The position numbers and the translations under genes are program-made. Shown piece after piece: positions 1 to 9,511 of a stretch of 63,695 bases of DNA; positions within the stretch are counted from its first letter, which is position 1; each line of letters begins with the position of its first letter. The stretch comes from an uncultured virus (IMG/VR IMGVR_UViG_3300021389_000006) (taxonomy: Duplodnaviria; Heunggongvirae; Uroviricota; Caudoviricetes): IMG/VR virus record IMGVR_UViG_3300021389_000006; one strand, 5' to 3'. Below the pieces are notes generated by a model. The model saw only the letters and a list, made by a program, of their open reading frames with translations. It was not told the origin of the DNA and did no database searches.

Positions 1-321
1 TCCTCCACCATATTTAGACATCATACCTATCTCACGTCCTGCATTAAGTATACTATCTAGATTGTCATCAATGTTAGAACCATAGCAACTAATTGGTAAT
101 CCTTTTTGTTTTCCAAAGTTTATCCATACAGGAGTAGACAGAGAGTAAAACCCTCTTGCCATGTAATCCTCAAACTTTTCAGCAAAGCCTTTTATGTTTA
201 AATACTTTTCAGCTTTAATAGCTATGTCTTTTATTCTTTGCTCTGGTGTTTCTGTTATATATCCTCTTGATAAAAATGTGCGGCTGTCATCATTAAGCCA
301 ATAATATTTTTTATATTCCAT
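1..321 (-). CDS. nrdA: Ribonucleotide reductase class Ia alpha subunit, 5' part (runs off window edge)
   Basis: Manual translation from ATG at 321: MEYKKYYWLNDDSRTFLSRGYI...FYSLSTPVWINFGKQKGLPISCYGS...GMMSKYGGG, a Bacteroidota-type NrdA N-terminus directly downstream of nrdB. Confidence 0.9.
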   Translation of the reverse strand, partial: MEYKKYYWLNDDSRTFLSRGYITETPEQRIKDIAIKAEKYLNIKGFAEKFEDYMARGFYSLSTPVWINFGKQKGLPISCYGSNIDDNLDSILNAGREIGMMSKYGGG

Positions 322-332
322 GTTGGTTTGGT

Positions 333-1310
333 TTAAAAGAGATCATCTAAAGTGATACTCTTACTTTTTTTATTATAATCTATGCTTTTCTTGTAAAAGA
401 AGTCTCCCTCTTTGGTTCCAGTGATTTCTATATCAAACCACTCTACTGACTTTAGCAAGTCTTTATCTACATCAAAGATTGGTTTCATACCTATCTTTTC
501 TAATGAGTTATTGAATCTGTTTTTAATAAAGTGACGTATAGTTTTCTTAGATAAAAATTCTAGTTCACCTTTTTCAAATATCCAATCTAGTATTCCACAC
601 TCAGCTAAATAAGCTTTCTTGCAAGCTGAATCAATTAGATCTTCAAACTCTGCATCAAACCACTCAGGGTTTTCATTCTTTATGATATTTATAATTTCAG
701 CACCAAAGTTACCGTGTATCTCTTCTTCTTTACTAGTAGCCTCAACAACATTAGATATACCTTTAAGTACATTTTTATCTTTGTTAAAGCTCATCATAAT
801 TAAGAACTGACTAAATAAACTTACGTGCTCTATAAATAAAGAGAACAGTAAGACAGACTTAGTATACATCTTGTTGTCTCTAGATCTAGTGCCATCTAAG
901 TACTTCTTTAAGTATTTGATTCTGTTAGCTATAGCAGGCTCTTCAACTACATTTTTAAATTCATCTTCTAATCCAAGAATTCTTAATAGTCTTGCATAAG
1001 CATCTTTGTGTCTTACTTCAGACTCTGCAAATGTAAATCCTACATCACCTATTTCTGTAATAGGCATACGTTTATATAGATCTCCCCAAAAAGTTTTTAC
1101 ATTAACTTCTATCTGTGCAATAGCTAACATGGTCTTTTTGATAACATCTTTTTCCTTTGAGTTAATATTGATCTTAAAATCTTGTATGTCCTCTGTGAAA
1201 TTAAATTCTGTATCTATCCAATAAGAATGTCTTATTGCATCTTTATATTCTAATAATTGTGGGTATTCATAAGGTAGGATATTCACTCTGGGTTTAAAGA
1301 TGTCTTTCAT
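333..1310 (-). CDS. nrdB: Ribonucleotide reductase class Ia beta subunit
   Basis: Di-iron motifs QIEV, ESEVRH..AY (radical Tyr), IEHVSLFSQF, EEEIH; C-terminal DFF..K..DY...DDLF. Confidence 0.95.
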   Translation of the reverse strand: MKDIFKPRVNILPYEYPQLLEYKDAIRHSYWIDTEFNFTEDIQDFKININSKEKDVIKKTMLAIAQIEVNVKTFWGDLYKRMPITEIGDVGFTFAESEVRHKDAYARLLRILGLEDEFKNVVEEPAIANRIKYLKKYLDGTRSRDNKMYTKSVLLFSLFIEHVSLFSQFLIMMSFNKDKNVLKGISNVVEATSKEEEIHGNFGAEIINIIKNENPEWFDAEFEDLIDSACKKAYLAECGILDWIFEKGELEFLSKKTIRHFIKNRFNNSLEKIGMKPIFDVDKDLLKSVEWFDIEITGTKEGDFFYKKSIDYNKKSKSITLDDLF

Positions 1311-1330
1311 AATGATAATTTATAAGGGTT

Positions 1331-1366
1331 AAAAAAGCTGCACATCCACTGAAGAGTTGTGCAGCT
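1331..1366 (-). terminator. Intrinsic terminator/attenuator hairpin upstream of nrdB
   Basis: AGCTGCACA/TGTGCAGCT stem followed by T6 on the minus strand. Confidence 0.6.
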
Positions 1367-1410
1367 ACTTGGTATATATAATGTAAGAAATTTTGGTTAG
1401 ACAAAAAAGT

Positions 1411-1599
1411 CTATCCTAGTAATTTTACATAAGTGATTGTAAAAAATATAAATCCTAATTCAAGGCCACCCATTTGACGGTATTCATCATCACTGCAAAG
1501 TACTTCACAGTTGATTACTCTGATGCCAAATAGAGTTTCTGTAGGCAATAATTCAAGGCTTATTTTATGCTTGAAATTAAGATGATCTATTTTATTCAT
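1411..1599 (-). CDS. Small hypothetical beta-rich protein
   Basis: ORF preceded by AAACCAA and by a TATCTTTG promoter element at 1682-1689. Confidence 0.6.
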   Translation of the reverse strand: MNKIDHLNFKHKISLELLPTETLFGIRVINCEVLCSDDEYRQMGGLELGFIFFTITYVKLLG

Positions 1600-1641
1600 A
1601 TGATATATGTTTGGTTTAAATGTTTAATTTAGTGCTTAAAA

Positions 1642-1750
1642 TTTTGTATATTATATACATAACTTCACTATAGCAGCTTTACAAAGATAACATTTATATG
1701 TATCAATGAGTTGGTTAAGTGATACAAAATTTGTATATTATTTATATAGT
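1642..1750. promoter_or_regulatory. Divergent promoter region: two plus-strand TTTGTATATTAT motifs (~1643, ~1730) and a minus-strand TATCTTTG (1682-1689)
   Basis: Motifs recur at other operon starts; TAnnTTTG is the Bacteroidota -7 element. Confidence 0.6.
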
Positions 1751-1769
1751 GTAAAAAAATAACGTTATT

Positions 1770-2018
1770 ATGTTTAAAAAATTTCTAAATGTACTCTGGA
1801 CTTACAGTCCACAAGATTATTGGAAAGGGCTGTGGTCTAAAACTACTATTGATGAAAAAGCTGAAAAGACTTTAGTAGAGATAGTTAAGAGATATAAACT
1901 AACTGCTACTGAGTTAGCTGATGTTGGTAGAGCAATTAAAGAAGTTGGTAATCAACTTGGTGACGTTGGTGGTGCTGTTAAAGGTAAAGCTAGAAAAGGC
2001 AGAAAGAAAAATGGCTAG
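1770..2018 (+). CDS. Hypothetical protein with amphipathic helix and basic tail
   Basis: First ORF after the promoter motif; overlaps the next start. Confidence 0.7.
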   Translation: MFKKFLNVLWTYSPQDYWKGLWSKTTIDEKAEKTLVEIVKRYKLTATELADVGRAIKEVGNQLGDVGGAVKGKARKGRKKNG

Positions 2019-2145
2019 ATTAATAAAGACAGCTTATGTAAAACCTACACGTAGAAAGAGGCCAGGAGTCCATTCAAAGACTAAAACCTCAGCGTTGAAA
2101 GGAAGTAAAAATTATTTAAAAAAATATAAAGGACAAGGAAGATGA
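2011..2145 (+). CDS. Small Lys/Arg-rich protein
   Basis: MARLIKTAYVKPTRRKRPGVHSK...YKGQGR; likely start 2011 rather than 1921. Confidence 0.7.
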   Translation: MARLIKTAYVKPTRRKRPGVHSKTKTSALKGSKNYLKKYKGQGR

Positions 2146-2243
2146 GAAATATTTGCATATTTATAAAATGGATTACATTTGGTTATGTTTGTTTAGGGCA
2201 CTGCCGTAAAGAAGTATGTTGTGAATCTAAATGTGAAAAGTAA
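2142..2243 (+). CDS. Cys-rich micro-protein (33 aa)
   Basis: Manual translation MRNICIFIKWITFGYVCLGHCRKEVCCESKCEK; ATGA and TAATG coupling on both sides. Confidence 0.5.
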   Translation: MRNICIFIKWITFGYVCLGHCRKEVCCESKCEK

Positions 2244-2386
2244 TGGATTGGACACTTGAGATTGCATTTCATTGGCCACATAATAGACTAGCTCTAGGAT
2301 GGGAGTTTATTGATGTAGATGAATCATATGATTACAGAACATTAAAAGTATATTTATTTATAGCAACATTAACACTAGACTTTTAA
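2243..2386 (+). CDS. Small beta-rich protein (47 aa)
   Basis: Manual translation MDWTLEIAFHWPHNRLALGWEFIDVDESYDYRTLKVYLFIATLTLDF; TAATG coupling. Confidence 0.6.
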   Translation: MDWTLEIAFHWPHNRLALGWEFIDVDESYDYRTLKVYLFIATLTLDF

Positions 2387-2397
2387 TATAGATAATT

Positions 2398-2586
2398 ATG
2401 GCTAAGAAAAAAGCAGGTTTAAAGATGGAAAAGTTGTCTAGACAAAAGGCAAAACTTCTAATGAGAACTGGTGGTGAGTTAGATCAAATGATAATGGGAA
2501 GAATCCAGAAGTTCAATAAAGGAGGAAAAAGAAAACTGGGTGGTGGAACCCATAACACATATAGTGGTAAAAGCAAAAAGAGATGA
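2398..2586 (+). CDS. Small basic protein with xxGG motifs
   Basis: K/R-rich; MRTGG, FNKGG, KLGGG. Confidence 0.7.
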   Translation: MAKKKAGLKMEKLSRQKAKLLMRTGGELDQMIMGRIQKFNKGGKRKLGGGTHNTYSGKSKKR

Positions 2587-3674
2587 ATATCTTAACAGAC
2601 ATACTAAGTTTAATAAGACGTGGTGTATATGCTGAGACAGCAGGATCAGAAGATGTTCTTGTTCTTGGTGTAAATGAAGAGCCTGATATGACAGGTGTGG
2701 CTTCACCTATACCTTATAAAAGTGTAAAGCTCATTAAGATAAAAGATTTAAAGGTTGCTGGCTCAAGCTGTGATTATAAGAATTCCCCTACAGTACCTCC
2801 AGCAGGAACAGGACAAGTCTATCAAAAGACTGAGGTTGATGCAACAACAAAAGCCTGCACTGTGTTCTTCAGATCTCTAAAGTCAATGAGCAGCAACCTT
2901 ACCTTTGCAACCTCTGCAGATGATAACTTTATAGAAATCACAACAGAAGGAGAACCAAATACAGCAGCTAATGTAGGTAGTGGTGCAGGAGTATGGAAAG
3001 ATAAAGTTGGTGAGACACTAAACTTTAAAAGTCTAGTACAGGGTAGTAATATCACAGTAGGGCAGAGTTCAAATGAAATAACATTAAGTGTTCCTGCAGG
3101 AGCTGGATTAAGTTTGACTACAACTGGGACATCAGGAGCTGCAACATTAACTAGTGGAGTTTTAAATATTCCTAATTATGCAACAGGTGGAGGTGGTGGT
3201 ATGACTGACTTCTTAATTGGTGGTGACTCAGGATCTAATCAAACAGTAAGCAACGGTGATACAGTAGATATAGAAGGGGGTGATGGTATTGCTACTGTAG
3301 GTACAGGAGGCCCAAAAGTGGTTGTAAACATGAGTCATTTTTACCAAGCACTTATAGTTAAGTTAACTCAAGGAGGTTCAAGTGCTCCTTCACAGACTGT
3401 AGTATATAATGACACAGGGAAAACATTATCATGGTCTAGGGTATCTACAGGAAGATATACAGCAACATGGTCTTCATCAGTTGACACACCTAGAGTTGTA
3501 ATAAATACTATGCAAGTATTTAAAAACCATCCTAATGTAATTAACATAATTGAAGTATCAGCTACTCAGTTTACACTATGTACTAATGAACTAAGCACTA
3601 GTGGTAGTCCAGAAGCAGATAGTGTGCTACTAGATACTCCATTAGAAATAAGAATTTATCCATCAACAATTTAA
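2583..3674 (+). CDS. Putative virion (head) fibre protein
   Basis: G/S/T-rich; AANVGSGAGVWKDKVGETLNFKSL fibre motif; beta-rich C-terminal domain; shared N-terminal domain. Confidence 0.7.
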   Translation: MNILTDILSLIRRGVYAETAGSEDVLVLGVNEEPDMTGVASPIPYKSVKLIKIKDLKVAGSSCDYKNSPTVPPAGTGQVYQKTEVDATTKACTVFFRSLKSMSSNLTFATSADDNFIEITTEGEPNTAANVGSGAGVWKDKVGETLNFKSLVQGSNITVGQSSNEITLSVPAGAGLSLTTTGTSGAATLTSGVLNIPNYATGGGGGMTDFLIGGDSGSNQTVSNGDTVDIEGGDGIATVGTGGPKVVVNMSHFYQALIVKLTQGGSSAPSQTVVYNDTGKTLSWSRVSTGRYTATWSSSVDTPRVVINTMQVFKNHPNVINIIEVSATQFTLCTNELSTSGSPEADSVLLDTPLEIRIYPSTI

Positions 3675-3677
3675 GAT

Positions 3678-4133
3678 ATGAGTGATAAAAAGAAAAAATT
3701 TAAAGATACCAAAGTAGGAAAGTTCCTTGTTGATAAGGTTCCTTCTATTTTAGGTATTGTTGGTGATGTACTACCAGATGCTGGTGTACTAGGTGTTGTT
3801 AAAAATTTAATTGACAATGACCCACAATTACCAGCTGAAGACAAAGAGAAAGCTATGAAGCTTCTTGAACTAGATATGATTGAGATGCAAGAGGTAAGTA
3901 AGCGTTGGGAGAGTGACATGAAATCAGATTCATGGTTAAGTAAAAACACAAGACCACTGACTCTAGTTTATTTAACTATAATAACATCTCTTTATATTAT
4001 ACTTGACTCCTTAGATATAGCATTTGATATAGATGAAAGTTGGGTAGAATTATTAAAAACATTACTAGTAACAATTTACGTAGCTTATTTTGGTTCACGT
4101 GGATTTGAAAAGTATACAACAATTAAAAAATAA
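3678..4133 (+). CDS. Holin (GTA 3TM holin-like)
   Basis: RWESDMKSDSWLSKNTRP, two hydrophobic segments and YFGSRGFEK signature. Confidence 0.8.
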   Translation: MSDKKKKFKDTKVGKFLVDKVPSILGIVGDVLPDAGVLGVVKNLIDNDPQLPAEDKEKAMKLLELDMIEMQEVSKRWESDMKSDSWLSKNTRPLTLVYLTIITSLYIILDSLDIAFDIDESWVELLKTLLVTIYVAYFGSRGFEKYTTIKK

Positions 4134-4158
4134 CATTAACAATTTAAAATTAGAAATT

Positions 4159-4404
4159 ATGGGAACTAAAAAAGGTCAAATGAGAAAAACTTCTAGAAAA
4201 GCTTACATGCAAGACGGTGGTGGTTTTACTTATGGAGCAGGAGATGGTGATACAACTCCACAAAAAGCAGGAATGGAGACTATGGCTAAAGGTGGTGGTC
4301 TTAAAGGATTTATGAAAGGTGGTTCTGTACTTGATCCAGTAATGGGTAAAAAATATGGTGGAAACAAAGGAGACTTAAGAAGATCAGCTAAAAGAGATTA
4401 CTAA
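4159..4404 (+). CDS. Small basic Gly-rich protein with repeated xxGG motifs
   Basis: MGTKKGQMRK...; MQDGG, MAKGG, FMKGG, KKYGG; likely start 4159. Confidence 0.7.
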   Translation: MGTKKGQMRKTSRKAYMQDGGGFTYGAGDGDTTPQKAGMETMAKGGGLKGFMKGGSVLDPVMGKKYGGNKGDLRRSAKRDY

Positions 4405-4406
4405 TC

Positions 4407-4691
4407 ATGTCAGTTAGAAGAACGCTTAGTAGAAAAAGACCAGCTCTTAAAGATGACGTAACCACACAATTTAAAAAAGGTGGTGCTAAAAAATCTAGCA
4501 AGAACTGGATTAAAGGAGCAATTAAAAAACCAGGTGCTTTAAGAGCAACAGCTAAAAGAGCTGGAGCACTTAAGGCTGATGGTGATATTAAAAAGAGTTG
4601 GCTAAGAGAAAAAGCAAAAGGAAGCGGTAAGACTGCAGAGAGAGCAAGGTTAGCTTTGACATTAGGTAAAATGAAAAAAAGAAAAAAATAA
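4407..4691 (+). CDS. Small basic phage protein (WIKGAIKKPGAL...RARLALTL type)
   Basis: Motif recalled from aquatic phage proteins of unknown function; very basic. Confidence 0.75.
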   Translation: MSVRRTLSRKRPALKDDVTTQFKKGGAKKSSKNWIKGAIKKPGALRATAKRAGALKADGDIKKSWLREKAKGSGKTAERARLALTLGKMKKRKK

Positions 4692-4695
4692 AATC

Positions 4696-4917
4696 ATGGC
4701 AAAAAAAATATCATTCCCAATGGGAGACGGCAAAGTAGAGAATGGATATTATAATCCTACTTCTGTATATCAAAAGACTCTACAAAAAAGAAATGCAAAA
4801 AAAGTTGCTAAAAGACAAAGACTAGCTAAAGCAGGCATCAAGTGTGACATGGATTCTACTAGAGCACCTGAGCCAGTTCAGTCAGCAGCTTTTAAAAATG
4901 GATATAGAAATAGTTAA
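4696..4917 (+). CDS. Small basic hypothetical protein
   Basis: Tightly packed ORF in the operon. Confidence 0.7.
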   Translation: MAKKISFPMGDGKVENGYYNPTSVYQKTLQKRNAKKVAKRQRLAKAGIKCDMDSTRAPEPVQSAAFKNGYRNS

Positions 4918-4927
4918 ATAATAAAAC

Positions 4928-5272
4928 ATGGCAACATTAACAGCACAACAAATAACACAGGCGGGTTTAAAACCAGCCACAGTAACTCCTGCAGCTAGTG
5001 GAGATAAGCTAGCTAATACAGGCAAGCAATTTTTTCATGTAGAAAATGGGAGTGGATCAGCAATAACAGCTACAGTAATTCCTGTAGTTACTACAGTTGT
5101 AGATCCTTTACTAGGTACATTGAAGAAGGAAAATGCAGTCTTAAGTTTAGCAGCAGGAGAAGATGGGTTTTTAGGACCTTTTGAAGTTGATGCTTTTAAT
5201 GATACCGATGGAAATATAACAATAACATGTTCAGCACAGACTAGTATTAAGCTATCTGCACTGTACTTATAA
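4928..5272 (+). CDS. Putative capsid decoration/structural protein
   Basis: MATLTAQQI...GDKLANTG..FFHVENGSGSAIT..GPF pattern of small beta-sandwich phage structural proteins. Confidence 0.55.
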   Translation: MATLTAQQITQAGLKPATVTPAASGDKLANTGKQFFHVENGSGSAITATVIPVVTTVVDPLLGTLKKENAVLSLAAGEDGFLGPFEVDAFNDTDGNITITCSAQTSIKLSALYL

Positions 5273-5282
5273 ATAAAAAACA

Positions 5283-8200
5283 ATGGGCTCATTACTACAA
5301 GATGTATTAGGATTATTCCAAAAGAAAAAATTTACACAACCTATGCCTTACGTACCAAGTAAGGATGATTATTTTGTGTTATCTACTAAAGCTGAAAGCA
5401 CACTCAATGTGATGGCATACCTACCAAAGGTAGAACAAACTCTTATATCAGCTAAACAATTTGCAGATGCTATTTCTGCAGGGACTAATACAACTTATGA
5501 TTTTGCTAATGCTGATCTAGGTGGTAAAACCAATCTTAACCTTACTGGTTCAGATGGTACTGTAGATACAGTAAGCCTTGTTGGAAGTACGGGAGTAACC
5601 ATTGTAAGTAATGGATCTGATGTTGAGTTTAGTGTAACACCAGGAACATATGTAGCATGTACAGGAAGCAATACTGCAAATGTATTACCTATGTGGGATA
5701 GTGGCACTTGTTCATTAAAAGATAGTGAGTTAGTTTATGATGGTAGTAATCAATATGAATTAACTAACAATAAGAAATTTAAAGTTGCTTGGTTAAATAT
5801 GGCAGCAGGCACAGCTGTTATAGACACATCTAATGGTACAGGGTCTGTTGGTCAGGTTCTTACAGTAGGTGCTGGTAATACCTTAGAGTGGACTACAAAT
5901 GGTACTGGGTCAATGTCTTCATGGAACATAACTGGTGACAATGGTGTATCATCCTCAGTATCAGATGGTAACACAGTAGATATAGCAGGTGGTGCTAAAA
6001 TGGGCACAGTAAATATAGCAAGTACAGTAACACTTAATCACGATAGTACAAGTAGAACTGATACAACTTCAACAGATGCACCTGCAGCAGGAGGTACATT
6101 TACAGTTATAGATAGTGTAACACAAGATGCTACTGGACACCCAACAGCTGTTAATGTTAAAACGGTAACTCTTCCGTCTGCTACAGTTGACACAAAATAT
6201 GATTTATCATCAGTTCAAAATGGATCTGACTCTGACATTAAACTTGTAGGTAGTGACGGGACAACAGATATAGTTAAGTTAGTAGCAGGTAATAATATTA
6301 CTTTAACTGACTCAGGAAGTTCAATTTCAATTGCTGCTTCAGGTGCCGGATCAGGTACTGTAACGGAAGTTAAAGCAGGAGATGGAATTACTGTAACAGG
6401 AACAGCAACAGTTGACCCTACAGTAAACATAGATTATGTTGGTGCAAATAATGCTATACTTACAGCAGCATCAGCAACCCCGGTAACAACAGACTACATT
6501 TGGTTTAGTGATGGAGATGATCAGACTATTAAGAAAGTTTTAATACAAGATTTACCAAGCCCATATCAATGGACTGCAGCTCCAGCTTCTGGAGGAAGTA
6601 TAACAGTTACTGATAACTTTACACTTAACTTTAATAGTACAACAGGAACTATTACTACTACATCAGCAGCAGGAAATACAATTAATATTAATAGTACTGA
6701 TAGTGGTGTGGTTGCCGGTTCTTATACTAATGCAGATATAAGTGTAGATCAATATGGTAGAGTGACTTCAGCTTCTAACGGATCAGCAGGAACTATGCAA
6801 TCATTTGATGTAGGCTCAGACGGAGGTTCAGCACAAACAGTTAGCAATGGTGAAGTATTAACAATATTAGGTGGTACTGGATTGACAGGTAATATGTCTT
6901 CTCCAAGAACACTTACTATGGATATTAATCAAACAGGTGTAACAGCAGGTACATATACTAATGCAACTGTTGAAGTAAATGCACAAGGTCAAATAACTGT
7001 TGCATCTAGCGGTAGTGTTGGAGTAACTAGTATTGATGTAACAGGTGGTGAAGGTATTGTAACATCTGGTGGTCCAATCACAACAAGTGGTGCAATTGAT
7101 GTAGTTTTAGATCTTACTGAGCTACCATTAATAAGTGTAATGGAAAACCCATTCCATTTATTTTTAGATGAGGCAGCAACAGGAGTACAATCAAAAATAT
7201 TAGCATCAAACTTAAAATTATCTTACTTTGATAATGATTTAACTATAGGCTCTGTTACTTCAGTAGGGGTATCTAGTAATTATTTAAGTGTAGGAAATTC
7301 ACCTATTACTAATAGTGGTGTTATGTCAGTAGACGTACCAGTAAGTGGTGTAACTGCAGGTAACTATACAAATGCTGACATTACAGTAGATGCATATGGT
7401 TTTGTAACTGCAGCATCAAATGGATCTGGTGGAGGTGGAAATGCTATATCAGTGTCTTCTCAAGCTGCATCCCCACCATTGACTACACAAGTACAGTCCT
7501 TTGACTTTATTGGTGGAGGAGTTATTGTTACTGAGCCAACAGCAGATAATATTACAGTTAATATACCAACACAAAGCTATACGGCTGACCCTGGTATTTC
7601 AGTAGATGAGCCTAACAGAAAAATAGGAATAGATTATTTAGGGGTAAACAACTATATATCTTTAAGAACTACAGTAGCTCCAGCAGATACTGATTTTATA
7701 GCATTTGTAGATGCGGATGATAATAATGTTTATAAAACACAAATAAGAAGTCTACCTGGACAATATTCAGGTTGGACATTCCAAGGAGATACAGGAGGAT
7801 TAGAAACAGTAGCTAGTAGTAACACAGTTACTTTTGTTGGTGGTACAGCTCTTGCAACAGCAAGCTCATCTCCAGATACTCTTACAATAAATCATGATGA
7901 TATAGGAACAGCTGGAACATACGCTTATCCTTCACAAATAATTACAAATGCACAAGGTCATGTTACAGGTGTTACAGCTGGAAGTGCACCAACATTTGTT
8001 AGCCTAACAACTACAGGTACATCAGGTGCAGCTACTTTAAGTGGAGGTGTTCTTAATATACCTCAGTATGCTGGAGGAACAAGTTATGGTGCTGGTCCTG
8101 GTATAGTACTTAATACTACTACAAATCCAGATCAGTTTGAATTAGATTACAATGGAGCTGACAACTATATTCTACTTCAAAGTCAAAAAACTCCAACTAA

Positions 8201-9500
8201 AGATGATTTTATACCATGGTCAGAAGTTGGTGGATCAAAAGATGTATATAAAGCAACTGCGGCACAAATTGTTGCTGGAGGGTTTAGTTTAACTTTATCT
8301 GGTGATAGTGGAACATCACAGACTCTTTCAAATGCAAACACCCTTAAAATAGCAGGAACTGCAAACAATATATCAACTGTAGCTGGTGCTACTGATACGG
8401 TAACTATTGATTTAATTGACACAGCAGTAACACCGGGTGCTTATACAGCTGCAAATATTACAATTGATGCAAAAGGTAGAATAACTGCAGCATCTAGTGG
8501 TGCAGCGGGTGGTACAACCTTTAATGTTGATGGAGATAGTGGGCCTACTCAAGTAATAGGAAATAATGATACCCTTCAAATTAAAGGTACTGCACCAATA
8601 AGTACAACAGCTAGCAACACAGATATAATAACAATAACACATGATGCATCAGGTGTAAGTACTGGTAATTATGCATATCCTTCCTCAGTATCAGTGAGTT
8701 CAGAAGGTCACGTAACAGCTATAACAGCAGGATCTCAACCAGCAACAGGTGTTAGTTTGCTTTTAGGAACAAGTGCAGGAGCACCGGTAAGTGCAAGTAT
8801 ATCTGGTGGAACCTTAAACTTTACATCAAATGTATTTGCTGGAGGAACTAATGTAGGACATGTACCATCATTTGGTTCTGATCCGGGTAATCAAAAGTTC
8901 TATTTAGACGCAACAGGAAACTGGAGTGCACCTAATACTTCTGGTGGTAGTGTGACTGCTGGTTGTGGTATTGATTCAACTGAGTTAACAAACAATAATA
9001 TAGTTGAAGTAGAATATAATGGAAATACAAACGTTGTTAAGTGTGCTTCTACTGCACCAAGTTCTACACCAAATATAGATGATGATACAATTATCTTTAA
9101 TAATAATGAAGGTAATCAAGTTTATGAGGTTACTTTTGAAAAAATGTTTGAAAGGTATATTCAACGTGCAACCGTTGCTATGCCTGCAGCTTTCTGTTCA
9201 TTAACTACTGGATCATCTACTTTGAATAACCCAGGTAGATCAAAAATGGGAACTTTGGTTGCAACTGCAAATGGAACTGGATCAACAATATTAAGTTGGC
9301 CTACTGCTATGAGTAGTACAAATTATTTAGTAGTGGTTACTAGTGAAGATGTAACAAGAGAATATCACACTTATACTAGATCAAAAGGAACAACTAGTGT
9401 TATTATAGGAACTAATTTATTATCTTCCGGTGGTACAGGAGCAAATGTAAATGCACCAGTTAATGTAGTTATTTATGATGCAAATATTAATACAATCTAA
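5283..9500 (+). CDS. Long repetitive fibre protein (1405 aa)
   Basis: Repeated GxYTNAxIxVDxxGx(V/I)T, GDxGxxQTVxxxxTLxIxG and (I/L)DYxGxxN modules. Confidence 0.85.
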   Translation: MGSLLQDVLGLFQKKKFTQPMPYVPSKDDYFVLSTKAESTLNVMAYLPKVEQTLISAKQFADAISAGTNTTYDFANADLGGKTNLNLTGSDGTVDTVSLVGSTGVTIVSNGSDVEFSVTPGTYVACTGSNTANVLPMWDSGTCSLKDSELVYDGSNQYELTNNKKFKVAWLNMAAGTAVIDTSNGTGSVGQVLTVGAGNTLEWTTNGTGSMSSWNITGDNGVSSSVSDGNTVDIAGGAKMGTVNIASTVTLNHDSTSRTDTTSTDAPAAGGTFTVIDSVTQDATGHPTAVNVKTVTLPSATVDTKYDLSSVQNGSDSDIKLVGSDGTTDIVKLVAGNNITLTDSGSSISIAASGAGSGTVTEVKAGDGITVTGTATVDPTVNIDYVGANNAILTAASATPVTTDYIWFSDGDDQTIKKVLIQDLPSPYQWTAAPASGGSITVTDNFTLNFNSTTGTITTTSAAGNTININSTDSGVVAGSYTNADISVDQYGRVTSASNGSAGTMQSFDVGSDGGSAQTVSNGEVLTILGGTGLTGNMSSPRTLTMDINQTGVTAGTYTNATVEVNAQGQITVASSGSVGVTSIDVTGGEGIVTSGGPITTSGAIDVVLDLTELPLISVMENPFHLFLDEAATGVQSKILASNLKLSYFDNDLTIGSVTSVGVSSNYLSVGNSPITNSGVMSVDVPVSGVTAGNYTNADITVDAYGFVTAASNGSGGGGNAISVSSQAASPPLTTQVQSFDFIGGGVIVTEPTADNITVNIPTQSYTADPGISVDEPNRKIGIDYLGVNNYISLRTTVAPADTDFIAFVDADDNNVYKTQIRSLPGQYSGWTFQGDTGGLETVASSNTVTFVGGTALATASSSPDTLTINHDDIGTAGTYAYPSQIITNAQGHVTGVTAGSAPTFVSLTTTGTSGAATLSGGVLNIPQYAGGTSYGAGPGIVLNTTTNPDQFELDYNGADNYILLQSQKTPTKDDFIPWSEVGGSKDVYKATAAQIVAGGFSLTLSGDSGTSQTLSNANTLKIAGTANNISTVAGATDTVTIDLIDTAVTPGAYTAANITIDAKGRITAASSGAAGGTTFNVDGDSGPTQVIGNNDTLQIKGTAPISTTASNTDIITITHDASGVSTGNYAYPSSVSVSSEGHVTAITAGSQPATGVSLLLGTSAGAPVSASISGGTLNFTSNVFAGGTNVGHVPSFGSDPGNQKFYLDATGNWSAPNTSGGSVTAGCGIDSTELTNNNIVEVEYNGNTNVVKCASTAPSSTPNIDDDTIIFNNNEGNQVYEVTFEKMFERYIQRATVAMPAAFCSLTTGSSTLNNPGRSKMGTLVATANGTGSTILSWPTAMSSTNYLVVVTSEDVTREYHTYTRSKGTTSVIIGTNLLSSGGTGANVNAPVNVVIYDANINTI

Positions 9501-9511
9501 AAAAATATAAA

